Source: the human T2T-CHM13v2.0 reference genome, Homo sapiens. From it: a stretch of 64,000 nucleotides of DNA. The notes under the pieces were generated by a model, which saw nothing but the letters and a program-made list of their open reading frames with translations, did no database searches and was not told where the DNA came from. Numbering within the stretch: position 1 is the stretch's first letter; each line of letters opens with the position of its first letter. The stretch lies in NCBI RefSeq assembly GCF_009914755.1, contig NC_060936.1, one strand, 5' to 3'. Positions 46,431-61,069 of the stretch are shown in pieces. Position numbers and translations under genes: made by a program.

Positions 46431-49268
46431 AGTTATCCCCATACCCCCATAGGCAAGGCCTTCCCCCAGAGTTCCTGCTTTGGATCCAAAGCCTGAGAAT
46501 AGGCCATTATGGACCATTGGCTCCCTAAATCCCTCCTTGGCCTCTTGGACTGAGCCCCTCAGCCTTTCTTCTTACCCTTCAGAAAGGGGAGTTCTCTTTA
46601 GATATGTTCAGGGGGATCCTTCCATGGCTGGAGGTCACCTTGACTGGGGGCTTGGCTTCTCCAAACCTGAAACACAGTAGAAGATAGAGATGTTTATGAT
46701 GCAAAAACCTGCTCTGAGGTCAGAAAGTGCTAGTTTTCCAAATCTCTCCCATTGCTGCTGGCTATCTGGGGAAAGAAGAGAAAAGCCCATTCCAGAGGCA
46801 GAAGGGAAGCTCCCAGCCGAGGGTAAAAGTTGAGACCTGTATGCATGTATCTCTGTATATGTGTATGTAATCACCCTCATCACCATCCCTGAGAAAACAT
46901 TTCCTTTTCAAGTCAGAGCACGCCTGAAAGGGTTTGTGGAGAGCCCAGCTCACCAGGGACTCTGGTTGCCGTAGCAACCTTCCAGACTGTTCTCTCTATC
47001 TTCTGCTTTGGGCATCAAGGGAGACCAGGGGACTACATCTTCCCAGCTTCTCAAATGGGAGCACCTCCCACATCGTGGCTTAGGGGCTGGGAGTGCCAGG
47101 GCACGGATGTGGGACTTTTGGAAAATGTGGAGGAAGCAGGGCCTCAAAGCTTCCTGTCTGGACTTTTCTTCCTAGTTTCCCCACCCAGTCATTGAAGCTG
47201 CCTCATCTTACTCCTGATTCTTCAGAAATTTGAATGTTAAGCAACCAGTTAAACCAACGTCAGTATTAATTTTTTCAAGCTGTCGAGGGGAGCCCTTAGA
47301 GGGGACAACTTCTTGGAGTGGCGGCCAAGCTGGGCCTTACCAGGTGTGATCATAGTCTTAGGTATCATGGAGTTCCCATCTCCGCAGAGGCAGGCTCTTC
47401 CCAGCTCCACGAGAGGCGGAGAATTGCAACTTCTTCCTCTCTGGGAACGGCCTATCTAGCTCCTGGGAGGAATCTCAAAGATCTTTCTTCTTAAGACATC
47501 GAAGAAAAACTGAGAGGCTGTAGCTCGACCTAGTTTCTGTGAAGAATTTTGTCAAGTGATCCCTCTCGGACCCTGAGCCTCTTTATTTGGATTTTGTGCC
47601 TTGAGCACCAAGAGAATATGCACTCTGGGTTGCCTGGACAGCTGGGGTAGTGATTCACAGGAAGGGTCCAAGCCATCACTACACCTGACTCAAGCCGGAA
47701 AGAGCTCCCAGAGGACTTCCTGGAGCTGCCAGCCTCAGCCTGAGATGCGGGATATTCGTCCCCAAGGAGCGAGGAGGGACAGCTCGCCTTCTTTGCAGGT
47801 GAGGTAGGTTCTACTGGAGGGGAATTTTGGTTTTGGCTCAGTCCTGCAGGCAAAATTAGAACGGGGTGGGGAGAGAGAGAAAGTGGGGAAGCGTGTGCAT
47901 CTGGAGAGAGGCAAGGTTTTCATTCCCCTTCCCTCAGGGGCTACCTCGCTTTTTCTGTGTATTTTTCTTTGACTCCATTAACTTCAGTTTCCTTTTTCTC
48001 TGTTTCTGTCCCCTTGATGCTGCTGGCCCCTGTAAAAAATTATCTCTTTTTCTGTGCATTTTTCTCTTTCCTTCTTTTCATTCTTACTGTCTCTGCCTTT
48101 TTTCCCCTTTCTCCAGTTTTCTTTCTTCTGGTTTTCCCCCTCTGTTCTTTTACCGTCTTCTTCCTTCTATGTGTGTCTTCCTGCTTATCTTTCTCCCTCT
48201 CTCCACCTTTTCAGTGGCTGGGAGCACCTAGAGTGTTGACGTCGAGGTCGCACGTTGAACTGTAGGACAGCTGTGCTTGCTAAGGTCTGTCTGCAGCAGG
48301 AGTATTCCACTTTTTCCTGACTTCTCACTCTGCCATTCTTTCCTACCATGCTCACCTCTGTGGAGGCAAGTCCTGAACCTGCCAAGCAAGATGAGACTGC
48401 CATGGGCTCAGAAAAATGTCTCCCAGAAATTTCCTGAACCTGCAAGCATAAATGAGAGAAGGCAGGCTGGGAGGGAGAGAATGACCCTGAGAAGTCTCAG
48501 ACAAATCCTCTGCTGAGTAGCCCTGGACCACCTCAGGTTCTCCAAGCTTAGGAGGCTGGCAGAGAGGTCAAAGACAGAGGAACAGTAGAAATGTCAAATA
48601 AACAGAGAAAAGAGGGCTTAGGAGGCAGGCATAAGGTTGGAGTTAGCCTGGAAAAAGCCTTAAATAGGGGATGGCTTTAGAACTGCCCTTAATTCACTTG
48701 AAGGTTTTGCTAGTATCTGGCTGTCTCTCTCGGGTACTGAAGGCAGAACAAAAGGAAAGGACATAAATCTCTGTGGTGCAAGGTGCAGGGAACACTCCTT
48801 GACAAGGAGGATTAAGATTCACCAGGCAGTCCGCAAGGAGAATTGATGGTCTCCTTGCTAGAAGTCTTAGAGCATGGGCTAAGTCCCACCTGCAGCAGGA
48901 CACTAGGACAACCTGAGGGGCCCCCATGGGGTTGAAGGTTGTGCTATTACAATTGGCCCCAGATAAGTTTTGGGGGATAATAGAAATGCTGTGAAGCAGG
49001 ATTGTGGTAATAATCATACAACTCTAAAAATCGCACCCCAAAATCATTGAATTGTGAAAAAAAAGAAAGCAACGAGTCTAATAATCTGGGAGTTTTCCAT
49101 CTGGGCTGGGAGAACGGTTTGGTCCTATAAATCTAGAAGCTTAGCATGTCTAAAAATGGACCAGACAATATCTAGAATAGAATGACAGTTTTTTTCTTCT
49201 GCCACATGGGGACACTTTAGAGCTTATATGCAGTCGATCGTTGCTATTCATGCACAATACCACGAACT

Positions 49269-49269
<1 letters not shown>

Positions 49270-49314
<45 letters not shown>

Positions 49315-49322
49315 TGTGTGTG
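49270..49322 (+). repeat. (TG)n microsatellite
   Basis: Direct reading. Confidence 0.95.
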
Positions 49323-51339
49323 CTTCGTTTTGACATCAAATTGTTATGAGAGTTACATGCTTTTCTCTTTTTCCTTTTTTTCCTCTAAAGATATGTCATG
49401 CCATTTTTTGGGTAAGTGCAGGGCATAATTAGCATGCACTGAACTATGATATATATGTTGAACATTATTCATTATACAGGACTACGGTCTTGAGCTTGCC
49501 CAGGGAACTTACACTTTGCTGGCAAAAAGAAAAAAACTCCAAGAAAAGTTCCCACAAACTAAAAACCCCACCAAATCCCTGCACCTGTAAACTCAGAATT
49601 CCTTAAGAGATTGCATAGGGCCCAAGGTTTTATGTATTTATCTACTATGGTTATTATTTTATTTTTGAATTTTTTGAAATTTTTTTTGTGGGTACATAAA
49701 GGTTTTATTTTCCCTGGCCCCCTACCTACAGTCCCTCTACAGTCGTTATTGATGCTTAACAGCCCTATGAAGAGGTCCCAGCAGTCTTTGGTGCTTCCGG
49801 TAAACAAAAGAAGTGGACGGTAACGGCCTTCATTTGTCTTACTGAGCCTTTCAATGATTCTCTCCCAGACTCTGATCCCCTCTTGGCCTGCTTTGCCTTG
49901 TGCCCACTGGACCCTCCCTTCCCTCTCCTTGGTGCTTTCCTCAGATGCACCAGCCAGTCCTGTGGCTTGTCATTTCTCCTCTCCGCTGGCTGAGCCCTTG
50001 CTTGCAGCAGCATTTCTATCTGCCTGCAACTCAACATACATTCCAAGATAGATTCCCAGAGAGCGTGGTCCTTCCAGGACAATCTGGCTGGAGCTGCCAT
50101 CCTGGCTCACATGGGTTTTGACTGTGTGTTATTGCCATGGGAAGGAAGTGGGGAGGAAAGTGTCCTCCAATCCTACCTTGTCACAGTCACTTAGGGGAGG
50201 AAAAGAATTCCATTTACTAGGTGGTAGGAGTTCCTCTCTCCATCCCGCTTCATATTTTGCCTTGGGTTGCACAGATAGCTCATGGCAGAACAGGGTCTGG
50301 AGCTTGGCAGTTGGCAGGGAGAGGGATCTTCCCAGACATAGGCCGCGGGGAAGAAAGACAGATGGGCTTTTAGCCTCTCATCTTGCCAGGTCTCCTGATG
50401 AACCACTTTCCTGTGCTGGCCTTGAGTGAGTCTCTGTGGGGTTGGGAATGGTCATGTTTTTCATGTCCCTTTGTTCTGAACTTGAGAAAATAGTTCACCC
50501 TGCCTCTTGGTCTTCTTGGTCCTCATCCCCTGGCTTCACCTGGTACCCTAAAGGGGGAGTGGAAATCTATCAGCCACTGCCTTTGAAGGGTTATCAAAGC
50601 AGCTGCTGTGTTTGAAGGTGCACATTAACAATAGGAGAGGGACTCCCTCATTTTCAGAACAAAAGAGGAAAGGTTCCTACCCTACAGGAAGTATCATTCG
50701 CACTGGTCTAACCTTGGCTATCACTTGACCTGTTTGGGGACTAGTCCTGATGGGATTTATTACAATTTTTTTTTTAATCCAACTCCAACCTCATCATTGT
50801 TACTCTAAAGAGAATTCCTCACTCCTCGGTCACGAGCCTCAGCAGATACACTTTACCTCCTCCTGGAAAACATTTTGGAATCTTAAGCAGCTTCTGCTGC
50901 AGGCTGCAAGGAGCGCAGACAGACCCTGGCTCTTTGGTGAGAGCAAAGGCGACATTTCAAAAGGAAATTGCAGCCACGCAGTCTGCTGGCGCTGCTATTT
51001 TTGACATGCTTGCTGTTCTCTCAGGGCTTGACAACCGCTGTCTCCAGGAGACAGACAAACCTGCTCTTGGCAGCAGAGACACTGCTTTGAAAAAGAACAT
51101 AGGAAGACAGTCCTGCAGCTGGGAGGGGCGGGGAGGACTTGCCACTGGAAGCGTGGCACCTGGCTAGTGGGGCTGCAGATCTGAGGTTGCAGGATTTATC
51201 CTCACCTAGGGAATCCTGACCTTGCGTTGCATCCTTCCCACTGGGAATAGTCCTAGCAAGAATAAGAATGGTGCTATTCATTTACAGAACATTGTCAAAC
51301 ACGTTCAGTGCTTTCAGACATCGTGCGATTTAACAAAGG

Positions 51340-51555
51340 GTTTAAGAGCATAGTTGCTGGAGCCTGATCGTCGCGGCTCAAATCCCTCCTTTGCTGGGTA
51401 ACATGGGGCAAGTTATGAAACAGTTCTGTGGCCTCAGTTTCTTTCTCTGTCAAATGGAGGATAATAATAGTACCAATCTGATAGGGTTGTTTTGAGGATT
51501 AAATGAATTAATGTATGTACAGTGTTTAAATGTACAATGTCAGCTGTTATTATCA
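51340..51555 (+). mobile_element. MIR
   Basis: gcctcagtttctttctctgtcaaatggaggataataatagtacc...gaggattaaatgaattaatg. Confidence 0.85.
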
Positions 51556-51854
51556 TCCTGCAGCAGTGAAATGAAGTAGGTAGGCTAGGCTTTGTTTTTT
51601 TCTTTGGCAGATAAGAAAACTGAAGCTCAGAGGGGTTGTGATGTCTTTAAAGGCACACAGTAATGTGTGTTTCATCCTCTTCAGGGGAGATGGAACAGAA
51701 TGGAATGCAGTGAGGGTCTAACTGTTATTGGGCAAGAAGAATGAAGCCATAGCTCCTAAATGTGTTTATAGACTTCTGTTTACATGCCAGCTTGTCTCTG
51801 ATGGAGCAGCAGCAGGTGTCCTGTGCTTTTGTTCCCTATGGGTCCCTGAAAGTG

Positions 51855-52180
51855 CACACACACACACACACACACACATATGCATATACACACATACGTA
51901 TATACACACATAAATATATATACATACATACACATACATACATACACAAAAACACACACATACACATATATACACATATGCACACACAAAACCACATATA
52001 CACACACGTATATATACAGAAACATGAATATACATATGCACATGTATACACACGTATATGCACACACAAACATATACACACGTATGCACAGGCACATACA
52101 TGCATGCTTATACATATACCCACGTATATACACAAACACATATGGTGCTATATATTCTATATGTGTGTAGCATATATACG
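51855..52180 (+). repeat. Long compound (CA)n/(TA)n/(CATA)n alternating purine-pyrimidine tract
   Basis: Direct reading; source of the H/T/Y/I and C/V/M pseudo-ORFs. Confidence 0.95.
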
Positions 52181-53558
52181 TGGAACATCTTTCTATGGAT
52201 CCCTTTCTCAGTACTGCCACTGATCTCCCTCTCCCATTTTAACATTCTCAGTGGTTGACACTGCATTCGAGTTTTCCTCACACACCTGCTCCTGCCTTCT
52301 TCCTTGGGAAGAATGCAGGGTCTTATAGTTAGCAGAAGGGACAGAACCCACAAGCCAGCCCCTGGCCCAGAGTTTTCCTACCCTGTTCCAGTGGCTTTCA
52401 AACTTCCACTGTCCTGGTCCTCACCGTCAGCATGCATTCTTTTCCCCAGTCACCTTCACGGCCCCCTTTGCAGGTGGGGGTACCCCTTAATCTCCCGTGG
52501 CTGTGTTTCTGCTTTCCTGTCCTTCTTTGAGGTGGAGGAGACAGGAGGCCTCGTAGTTGGAAGAAGCCAGCTCCCCTGCCCTTGTGGGTCTCCCCTGGCC
52601 TTCACTCCACCTAAAGAGCATTTATGACATCTCTTGTTAGGGGTCTTGGCACGGGCCAGATTGCTGTCTTCACCCTCAGCTCACTGCCACAGCCACTACG
52701 GCTTCTTAACAAAGGTCCTATCCCAGGGCAAGGTGACGTGGCTGCCCTCATGGTTGAGGATTCTGAGCTTGCTGGCTTGCCTGCCATGGGAGTTGGAGAA
52801 TTGGTCTGAATCACTGTTTATTAGCTGTACCTCATTTAACCTCACCGAGCTTCAGTTTCGTCATCTGCAAAATAAGGAAGCTAACATCACTTGCCTTACA
52901 CAGTTGCTGTGAGATTCAGAAGAGGCAGCCAGTGAAAGAGTTTAGCAGGAAATAAACTCTTAGCAAAGCATGGCTCTTCCCACTGCCAATCAGCAGAGAG
53001 ACCCTTAGAGACACCAAACACCCATCCGAGAGTGGGGCCGAAACTACCTGCACGTCAGAGAAAGGCAGGGTCCCTGCCAACTGCAGTTTTGTTCTCTGAA
53101 ATAAACATTTAAATGAAATATGACATAAAAAATAGACTCAGGATAGCTAGCTATTTTTACCAGAAGGCTCTTTGCCCAGAGGATTCACAGCAGAATTTCT
53201 TTAAATAATTGCCCTTACGGTGTGATTTAATATACAGAAATATAATCTGAATATATCTTGGAAGAATAGGATGGATATACTGGTAATATGTATATATTTT
53301 AACAAAGTTTGTTTCCAGCCAAACTAGAATGAGAATTCTCACTTAACCCTTCCCTCAGGCCCTGGAGCATTGCAGAGGGTCACAGATGGAGGGGGCAGTG
53401 AATGCCTCTTTAGGAAGAAGGAGACTGATGCAGAGAAGTGAAATAATTTGCCGAAGATCACACAGGAAATTAGGGGCAGAGTTGTGCCTGGGACCCAAAT
53501 TTTCTAACTCCAACTCCAGCATATTTTCCCATGGGAAATGGAACTGTAAGGATTACCT

Positions 53559-53561
<3 letters not shown>

Positions 53562-53606
<45 letters not shown>
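53562..53606 (+). repeat. (CA)n microsatellite
   Basis: Direct reading. Confidence 0.95.
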
Positions 53607-53609
<3 letters not shown>

Positions 53610-54432
53610 TAAAAATAACTCTTCATTTTCTACCCAACCAAACTCCTTAGCAGAGCTGCCCATAGAAAATGGAATTAAGTGATTTTAACTTTTATCTTTC
53701 CCTCCCCTGAGTTTCCAGGGCACAGAGGCAGTGAGCCTAGCTAGAGAAGCCCAGAACCAGATGACCAGCTTCTGGATTTTTAAGGGAGGACTAATGACTG
53801 AGGGCTAGTGCAGACCAAAGGTATTTAGCACTGGACAAAGAGAGGCTCATGTACAGGCTCTGGGCTTCTAATCTCACTGATTAAGGGATTCTTTAACCTC
53901 TTAAGGCTTTATTTTTTCTGTTAAATTTAGTGACTGGACAGAAGGAAACTGTCATAGATTGGAAATCAGGAAGTCAAGGGGTTATCTGAGTCTTCTGAAT
54001 TTTATAGCGGAAAGAAGGGATGCAGAAGGCCAGCATCTTACCCAGGAACGCTGACTTCTGATGCCTTGGGAGGCAGAAACCAGTTTCTAGACTCTTCCCT
54101 GCACTTTGTTGCCCCGATAGAGAAAGAGAAGTGACTGTCAGTTACAGAGATCTTTTACAAATCACAGGACCAGGGTGAGGAGGAAGAACGTGTCCAGAAG
54201 GCCTGGTGGTTGAGCCATAAATCAGCCAGGCACTCCCCAGCTGCTTTAAGGCAATTTGGCATTGGTGGAAAGAGAAAAGAGGTCCGGTATGGTGGGGAAA
54301 ATAGCTGTGTTCCCTGCAGAAGACTGCTTTCTGTGCTTCAGGGGAAGGATCGCGTTCACCCAGGAGAGCATACGTGTGCACACGCAGGTGCCCAGGCACA
54401 CCCTCCCCAACCAGACCCTCTACTCACTTGGA

Positions 54433-54464
<32 letters not shown>

Positions 54465-54822
54465 GTTTTTCTTTTTTCTGCATCTGCAATCTCCTGGTTT
54501 ATGGTTTTACATGCCTCCAGCAATTCCAAATTGCAATCACAGAGCACCTTCCCTAAAACTGGGCAGATTACCTTATAAGAGGTCCTCAACTGTCACTTGT
54601 GGCTTGTGAGCCACATGGGACACAACATTAAGAAATACTGGAATATTTCACACACACACATCTGAAGTTTTGGTTTCTCTTAAAAGCAAAGGTCTGGGCT
54701 TGTTGATCCTGCATGTTTGCTTTCCACCCACCATCAGCAAAAGCTGAGGGACAGCGGCCCCCTGCAGAAGGACGTGGGTTCTCTTTGCCCAGTGCCCATC
54801 GCTTCTTAGTCCCTGCTGCTGA

Positions 54823-55147
<325 letters not shown>

Positions 55148-56356
55148 TAATTGTGCCCCTAGCCATGTTTTTTCATAGGTGGGAGATATTTCTCTCTATG
55201 TACATTTCTACCAAAGCTTAGAAAAGGAAAGATGGAAAGGGTATCATGTTTAGGGAAAATGATACCTGGCTTATGTCACCTGGTAACCCCTGGGGACACT
55301 GGTGCTTGCGGCCATACTCAGAGCCTTCCTGTGTGATTTCATCTAAGTGGCTCAGAATCAACTATCTGACTTAGAAGTAGCAGGTCAGATGGAGATGTGA
55401 GTATGTGTGTTTGCTGGACAAAAAAGAAATGAGAGCAGAAATGAAGGCTGCTTGCTGGGAGGAGCCGGTTCCAGCTACCCATGAGAGACAGGACTGTGAG
55501 GCTGCACAGAGAAGAAGGCACTGGAGAGTAACAAGAGCATGCCATGTTCTGTGTCCAGTTAAGCAGGCAGGGGAATGTGTGGTGTAATTCAGAACTCCCA
55601 ACCAAAATGGTAAAAATTAGAAATCAGGCAAACTTCTGCGTTCAGAGATGTATCCAATTAGAGAACCGCCTCCTGTTTCTGTGATGTCAGACTGTGGAGC
55701 ACTACTCCACTCCCGCTGGCTAGGACTGAGTGGGCGTCAGAGTGGGGATTCATGAGTGGCATTGTGTGGCTTTCCTGATAATGACTGGCCACCCAGCCAC
55801 GGGCTGTGCATCTGTCTGGTTGCTTCTGCGATGTCATGAGGCCCATGGCCGTGCCCGGATTCGATCTTGCCTCTCCTGGGTTATTCCCAGTTGGTTTCAG
55901 CTCTCAGGTGGAATCTTCTGTCTTTGAAGCTTATTGGCCGAAAGCTAAATGGCCGTAGATTTGGAACCATGCCCAACATTATTTCCTTGGGAAGGAGATA
56001 AGAAACGTTTTCCTTTTTTTAAGCTTTATATGTACCCTTTCCAGGAGGGCAGGAAATGTTCAGTCAGGTTGGGATTAAATAAAATCCATCATGAGCCTTA
56101 CATTTGAATGCTTGTAGGCCTCACTTGTTCCAACAGATGAGTTTCCAAAAAGTTGTTGTTGTTTTGTGTATGTATAATATAATTATTTTCCTCTCAGAGG
56201 TGCTTTTTAATAGAAGTGAGCCCTTTCACATTTAAAAAACTACACAATATAGTTAAAAGAGAGCATGTAGTCAGTAGAAAAATGAATTTAAACTAGCTTA
56301 TAGTGTACTTCATGCAATCATAATTCCTTCTTCCAGCGGAAGGAAGAGGAATGCTA

Positions 56357-56812
<456 letters not shown>

Positions 56813-58214
56813 CTATCATAATCTCTCTTTTTCTTACTGCATGCAGACTGTAAGTGATGCATTTGCAGGTGGGCAGCACTGCCTTTCCCACACCTGTAGC
56901 TGTGTCAGGTGAGGCAGGACAGGAGACATGAGAACATGGTTCTGAGCCTCTTGGTCTATCTGTGAACAATGTAGGCAGAAGGTGATATCTGTCCACCCTG
57001 AGGAAGTCAGCTCCCAGTGCTGTTCCCCACTGGTGTCTGCCTGTGTGACCCGGGGAGAGTTCAGAACCTCACTGAGCCTTGGTTTTCTCCTCTGTAAAAC
57101 TGGGCCATTAATAGACATCCCTCATGGTGGCCAGTGAATGGGTGGAATTAGAGCAGGTAATGCTAACAGGCCTGGTATGTGGCGAGCATTCAGCAAAAGT
57201 TATTATTTCATGGTCTGTTTCTTATTTGCCCACTTTGACAGAGTAGTGAGGCATAAGCAAGGTCTCTTGTCCAAACGTTAGATACAGTTAAAACCACTCA
57301 AAGCTCTCATAAATCAGTCTTTTGGGAAATATGTCCATCTATGTAATAGTTTCTCTTGTTTTGTAGATTTGGACTTCCTGATCAAATAGTGACCATGATT
57401 CAGGTATTAAATCATCAAATACTTGGTCATAACAGAGGCGACTCATGTAAAGGGGCTTACTACCTTCTTAGAGTGAAACTGTTTCCTTGCTAAAAAAGCC
57501 AGCAGCAGAGAATATCCAGGGATTTTGTTAAATTCCTAAAGAAAGAACATGAGCAATGAAGTGACTTACCCATTGAGAATCCCCGAGATCAGCGAGAACT
57601 TCCAGAAAACTTGGGAATCCACAGAGAGGTTGAATGACTGAGTGTGGAAGCATCTCATGACTCAGCTATTCACTTGGCTGACCTGTGGGCTGCCGTAAGC
57701 GGGAGAATGAACGGGAAGAAATGCACAAGGGTGTAGGTAGGATGCTTCCTCCCCGATGCGTAAGGTCAACACTTTTCTTTGCAATTATAATACCAATCTG
57801 TGGAAAACAGACTCAACTTACAGAGGATGTATTGGCTTTACCTTCAACATTTCAGGGATGTCTTTAATTTGCAAGCCAGTCAGCTGAACTCACTTAATAT
57901 ATCAATAGAGAATAAGGACAGATGACATGAAATAATTGAGCAGGAAGAGAATTCTAAAAGTCATGGAATTAATTGCCTTGCTGTGTATTAGAAAAATGTC
58001 TAGATTATTCCAGGCTTATTCTGAAAAATGCCCAGAGAAAGAGAATCCATAATATAGACTCCTTCAAGCTACTTGTGTTTGAGCACCCTTTGTCAGGATG
58101 TTTTCCTCATTTCTCAGTTACACATCTCCTGCTGCACTTTAAACTTCCTTCCTCCTGTTTTGTCTTCTGCTGAAATGGATACTCAAGTGACCATGTTACC
58201 TAGAATAACTCATG

Positions 58215-58520
58215 CCAGAGTTCCTCAAATGTGATCTGCAGAACATCAGTCCTACGCAACTTTCCATGGAGAAAGAATCCCCAGGCACTATGTTTCAGAA
58301 ATGCTGCCTCTTGGAGATGCACAATGCATCTGAACATGAAATTAAAGGCTCTGAGAAGTCCTGCAGCAGTAAAACTATTTCACTTCTTTAAACCAGTGTT
58401 TTTCAACTTCTTACATTTTTAAAAATTTTTACCACAGAATCTCCATCCCCCTTTTATAGTAATGTCTGCTCACATACCCCCAAAACTCATCCAACAAATA
58501 CATTTTGGAAAACTCGAAGA
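58215..58520 (+). mobile_element. MER103-like hAT-Charlie DNA transposon
   Basis: cacaatgcatc...attaaaggctctgagaagtcctgcagcagtaaa. Confidence 0.75.
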
Positions 58521-59969
58521 GATCTGAAGCTTGTTGCAATGGATTTGAGTGCATGGACCCTCAGCCATGAAAGGTTTTTTCAGTTGGACCATTCTGTGGC
58601 TTCTTATCAACCTTCTTAAAGTTCTTCACACCCCTCTTGAGTTGTTCAGAAACGGAAGTGGTTTTGATAAGGCACTGAGTAATGTGATAAAACACATCCT
58701 CTTCCCTATAGTCCTTATAAGTCTTCTTAAATAGAAGTCTTTGAGAAAATAACAGTAAGAGTTGGTCTTATTTGTTAGGTTTAGAGCTACCTTGCTAGGA
58801 AATGTCCACAGCTCTGATGCACTCTGCCAGGCAAATGAGGTCGTCTGCATGGCTTTTGCCTTACACTGTAACAGCCAATTCCTATGCACGTTGTTAACCA
58901 AATCAAAAATTGTAACATGGATTTTTTTACGATCACTTTTCTAACTAAAACCTTTTGATGAAAACATTGATGATAACCTTTACTCACTATCCTATTTATG
59001 AAATCTTACTCACAATCTGAGAAAGATGCAAATACCAGCAGTGAGTTGTATGTAACCAGGTTTTCTCAGTATTCTTTTCCATCTTCCTAAACACTGTTTT
59101 CAAGTGTGACATTTGTCCTTTCTCCCAAGGCATTTTTGGTGCTGACACACCACAGTTGGACCTGGTTCCTCTGGTGCTTGGATTTCAGTCTCCTGGAAAG
59201 CTGTTTTCTTCTAGGTGTTTTTTGTTTGTTTGTTTTGTTTTGTTTTGTTTTGGTGCTGCTGAGGGCTCTTACCTCTGACCCTCCTCTGCTCATCTAGCAA
59301 GGCCTGAGGTTTGCTGTCTGCTCCTCACCAACTGGTCCAGGCTGAAATTCCTTCTTCCATGGTGTCCCTTCTGTGCTCAGAGGCAAAAGCAGAAAGGAGG
59401 GAATTGCTCTTGTCCTGTTGTTGCCTTTGTACCGATTCCTTTTCTGTACATCTTGAGCCATGAGGAAAAGTTTCTGGTATTAAAGCCACTAAAAGTCAGA
59501 AGAAGTGGACTGTGGGGTGGGTGAGGATTGCATCCAATTCTGGGTCTGTCACTAACCTGCTGTGTGACCCTACACATGTCACCTGCCTGGCCCTCAGCAA
59601 ATGGTAGCCATTAGTATTGTTCTCCCACCAGAGTCTTCACTGTAAAGTGAGGTCATTGGATTCAACGACTGGGTTTCTGCTTGAAAATTCTGCGGATACC
59701 CAAGTGTATTAATCAGATGTGCAGCTGGCTGCCTGAAAACTTGACAGACTTTATTGCTTGGCTTTTGCCACTGGAGTGATCTTTGAAAAAGAGAGTTGGA
59801 GTTACTAGGTTTTCAACTTTATGTAGAATCACTGAATTTCAGAGCTCATATACTCCAGTCTATTATTTTACAAAGATCAGAACTTACATTTAAAAATATA
59901 CTGAGTAGGTTGTAGCAAAGTTTTGAAAGAGAGACAATAATTTTTATCTACTGTCAAGCAATGATAAAC

Positions 59970-60315
59970 GTCTTCCTTCTTCTTCCTTTCTGCCTCTATT
60001 CCTTCCTCCCTCCTTCCTTTCCTCCTCTCCTCCCTCCTCCCTCTCTTTGCTTCCTTCCCTACATCTTTTCCTCCCTCCTCCCCTCCATCGTCCCCTCTCT
60101 CTTCCCTCCTTCCTCCTTCTTTCCTTCTTTTCCTCCCTCCCTCTCTCCCTCGTTCTTTCCTTCCCTCCTTCCCTCCTTCTTTCCTTCCTTCCCTCCTTCC
60201 TTCCTTCCCTCCTTCCTTCCTTCCTCCTTCCTTCCTTCCTTCCTTCCTCCTTCCTTCCTTCCCTCCTTCCTTCCTTTCTCTCGCCCTTCCCTCCTCCTTC
60301 CCTCCTTCCTTTCTA
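59970..60315 (+). repeat. (CCTT/CCTC)n polypyrimidine tract
   Basis: About 340 bp, almost purely C/T on the + strand. Confidence 0.95.
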
Positions 60316-61069
60316 TTTTTCTTAGATGAAGCCTATCCTAGTTATTAAGTGATTCCAGATCCTTCTTTATTTCGGTGTTGCAAAATAAACATTCCTTGGT
60401 TTTGGCCGTTTCAAGCACCTTGGCATTATGATGGGAAAAATGCTGGGCAAGAAAAGACGTTTCTATATTAAGGAGAAGCAGGGGAGTGCAGCCCAGCAGG
60501 GATGCGAACCAGTATTCCCTGGGTCTCAGATTCCACACTAGAGGAAGAAGTCTGTAGAAAGGACAAAGGAAAGAAAGGTTGGTGTTACTCTCTGGTATCC
60601 TTAGACAAAGTAGAAGCTGGCTTCTTCCATTTCTGGGAGACAGCAGTGAGCAGCCCCAAGGGCAGGCATTCGATTGTAGTGCCTAGGTCACCTCACTGTG
60701 CCACAAAGTGGCTCTGGGATGGAAAAGTGTCTAGCTCTGCCCTCACAGCTCTGCCCTGGGAAGCTTCCGAGCTGGGGCTTAGCCCTGCACAGCTCCACCA
60801 AGGTCCTGCTGCTTTTCAGTGTGTGTTCATCATTCTCATCCCTCTCAGCTTTCCTTCCTACTCTTAGTGCAGCCTCACGAAGCCTCACAGTCCCTGGACA
60901 GGGATAGGAAGCCTGTGTGGGCTCCTAATGTGCTGTTTGACCTTGAGTAAGTTGCTTCAATTGAACGCTTTATTTTCAGACTCTAAAAGGAATATCTGCT
61001 CATCATCGAAAATTACCCCAATTTAGAAAAGTATAAGGGAGAAAATAAAAATCCCATAACCCCACCACC

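Noticed and set aside
51728-52258. His/Thr/Tyr- and Cys/Val-rich ORFs; likewise the Pro/Ser/Phe ORFs at 59961-60329
   Set aside because: Translations of simple repeats.
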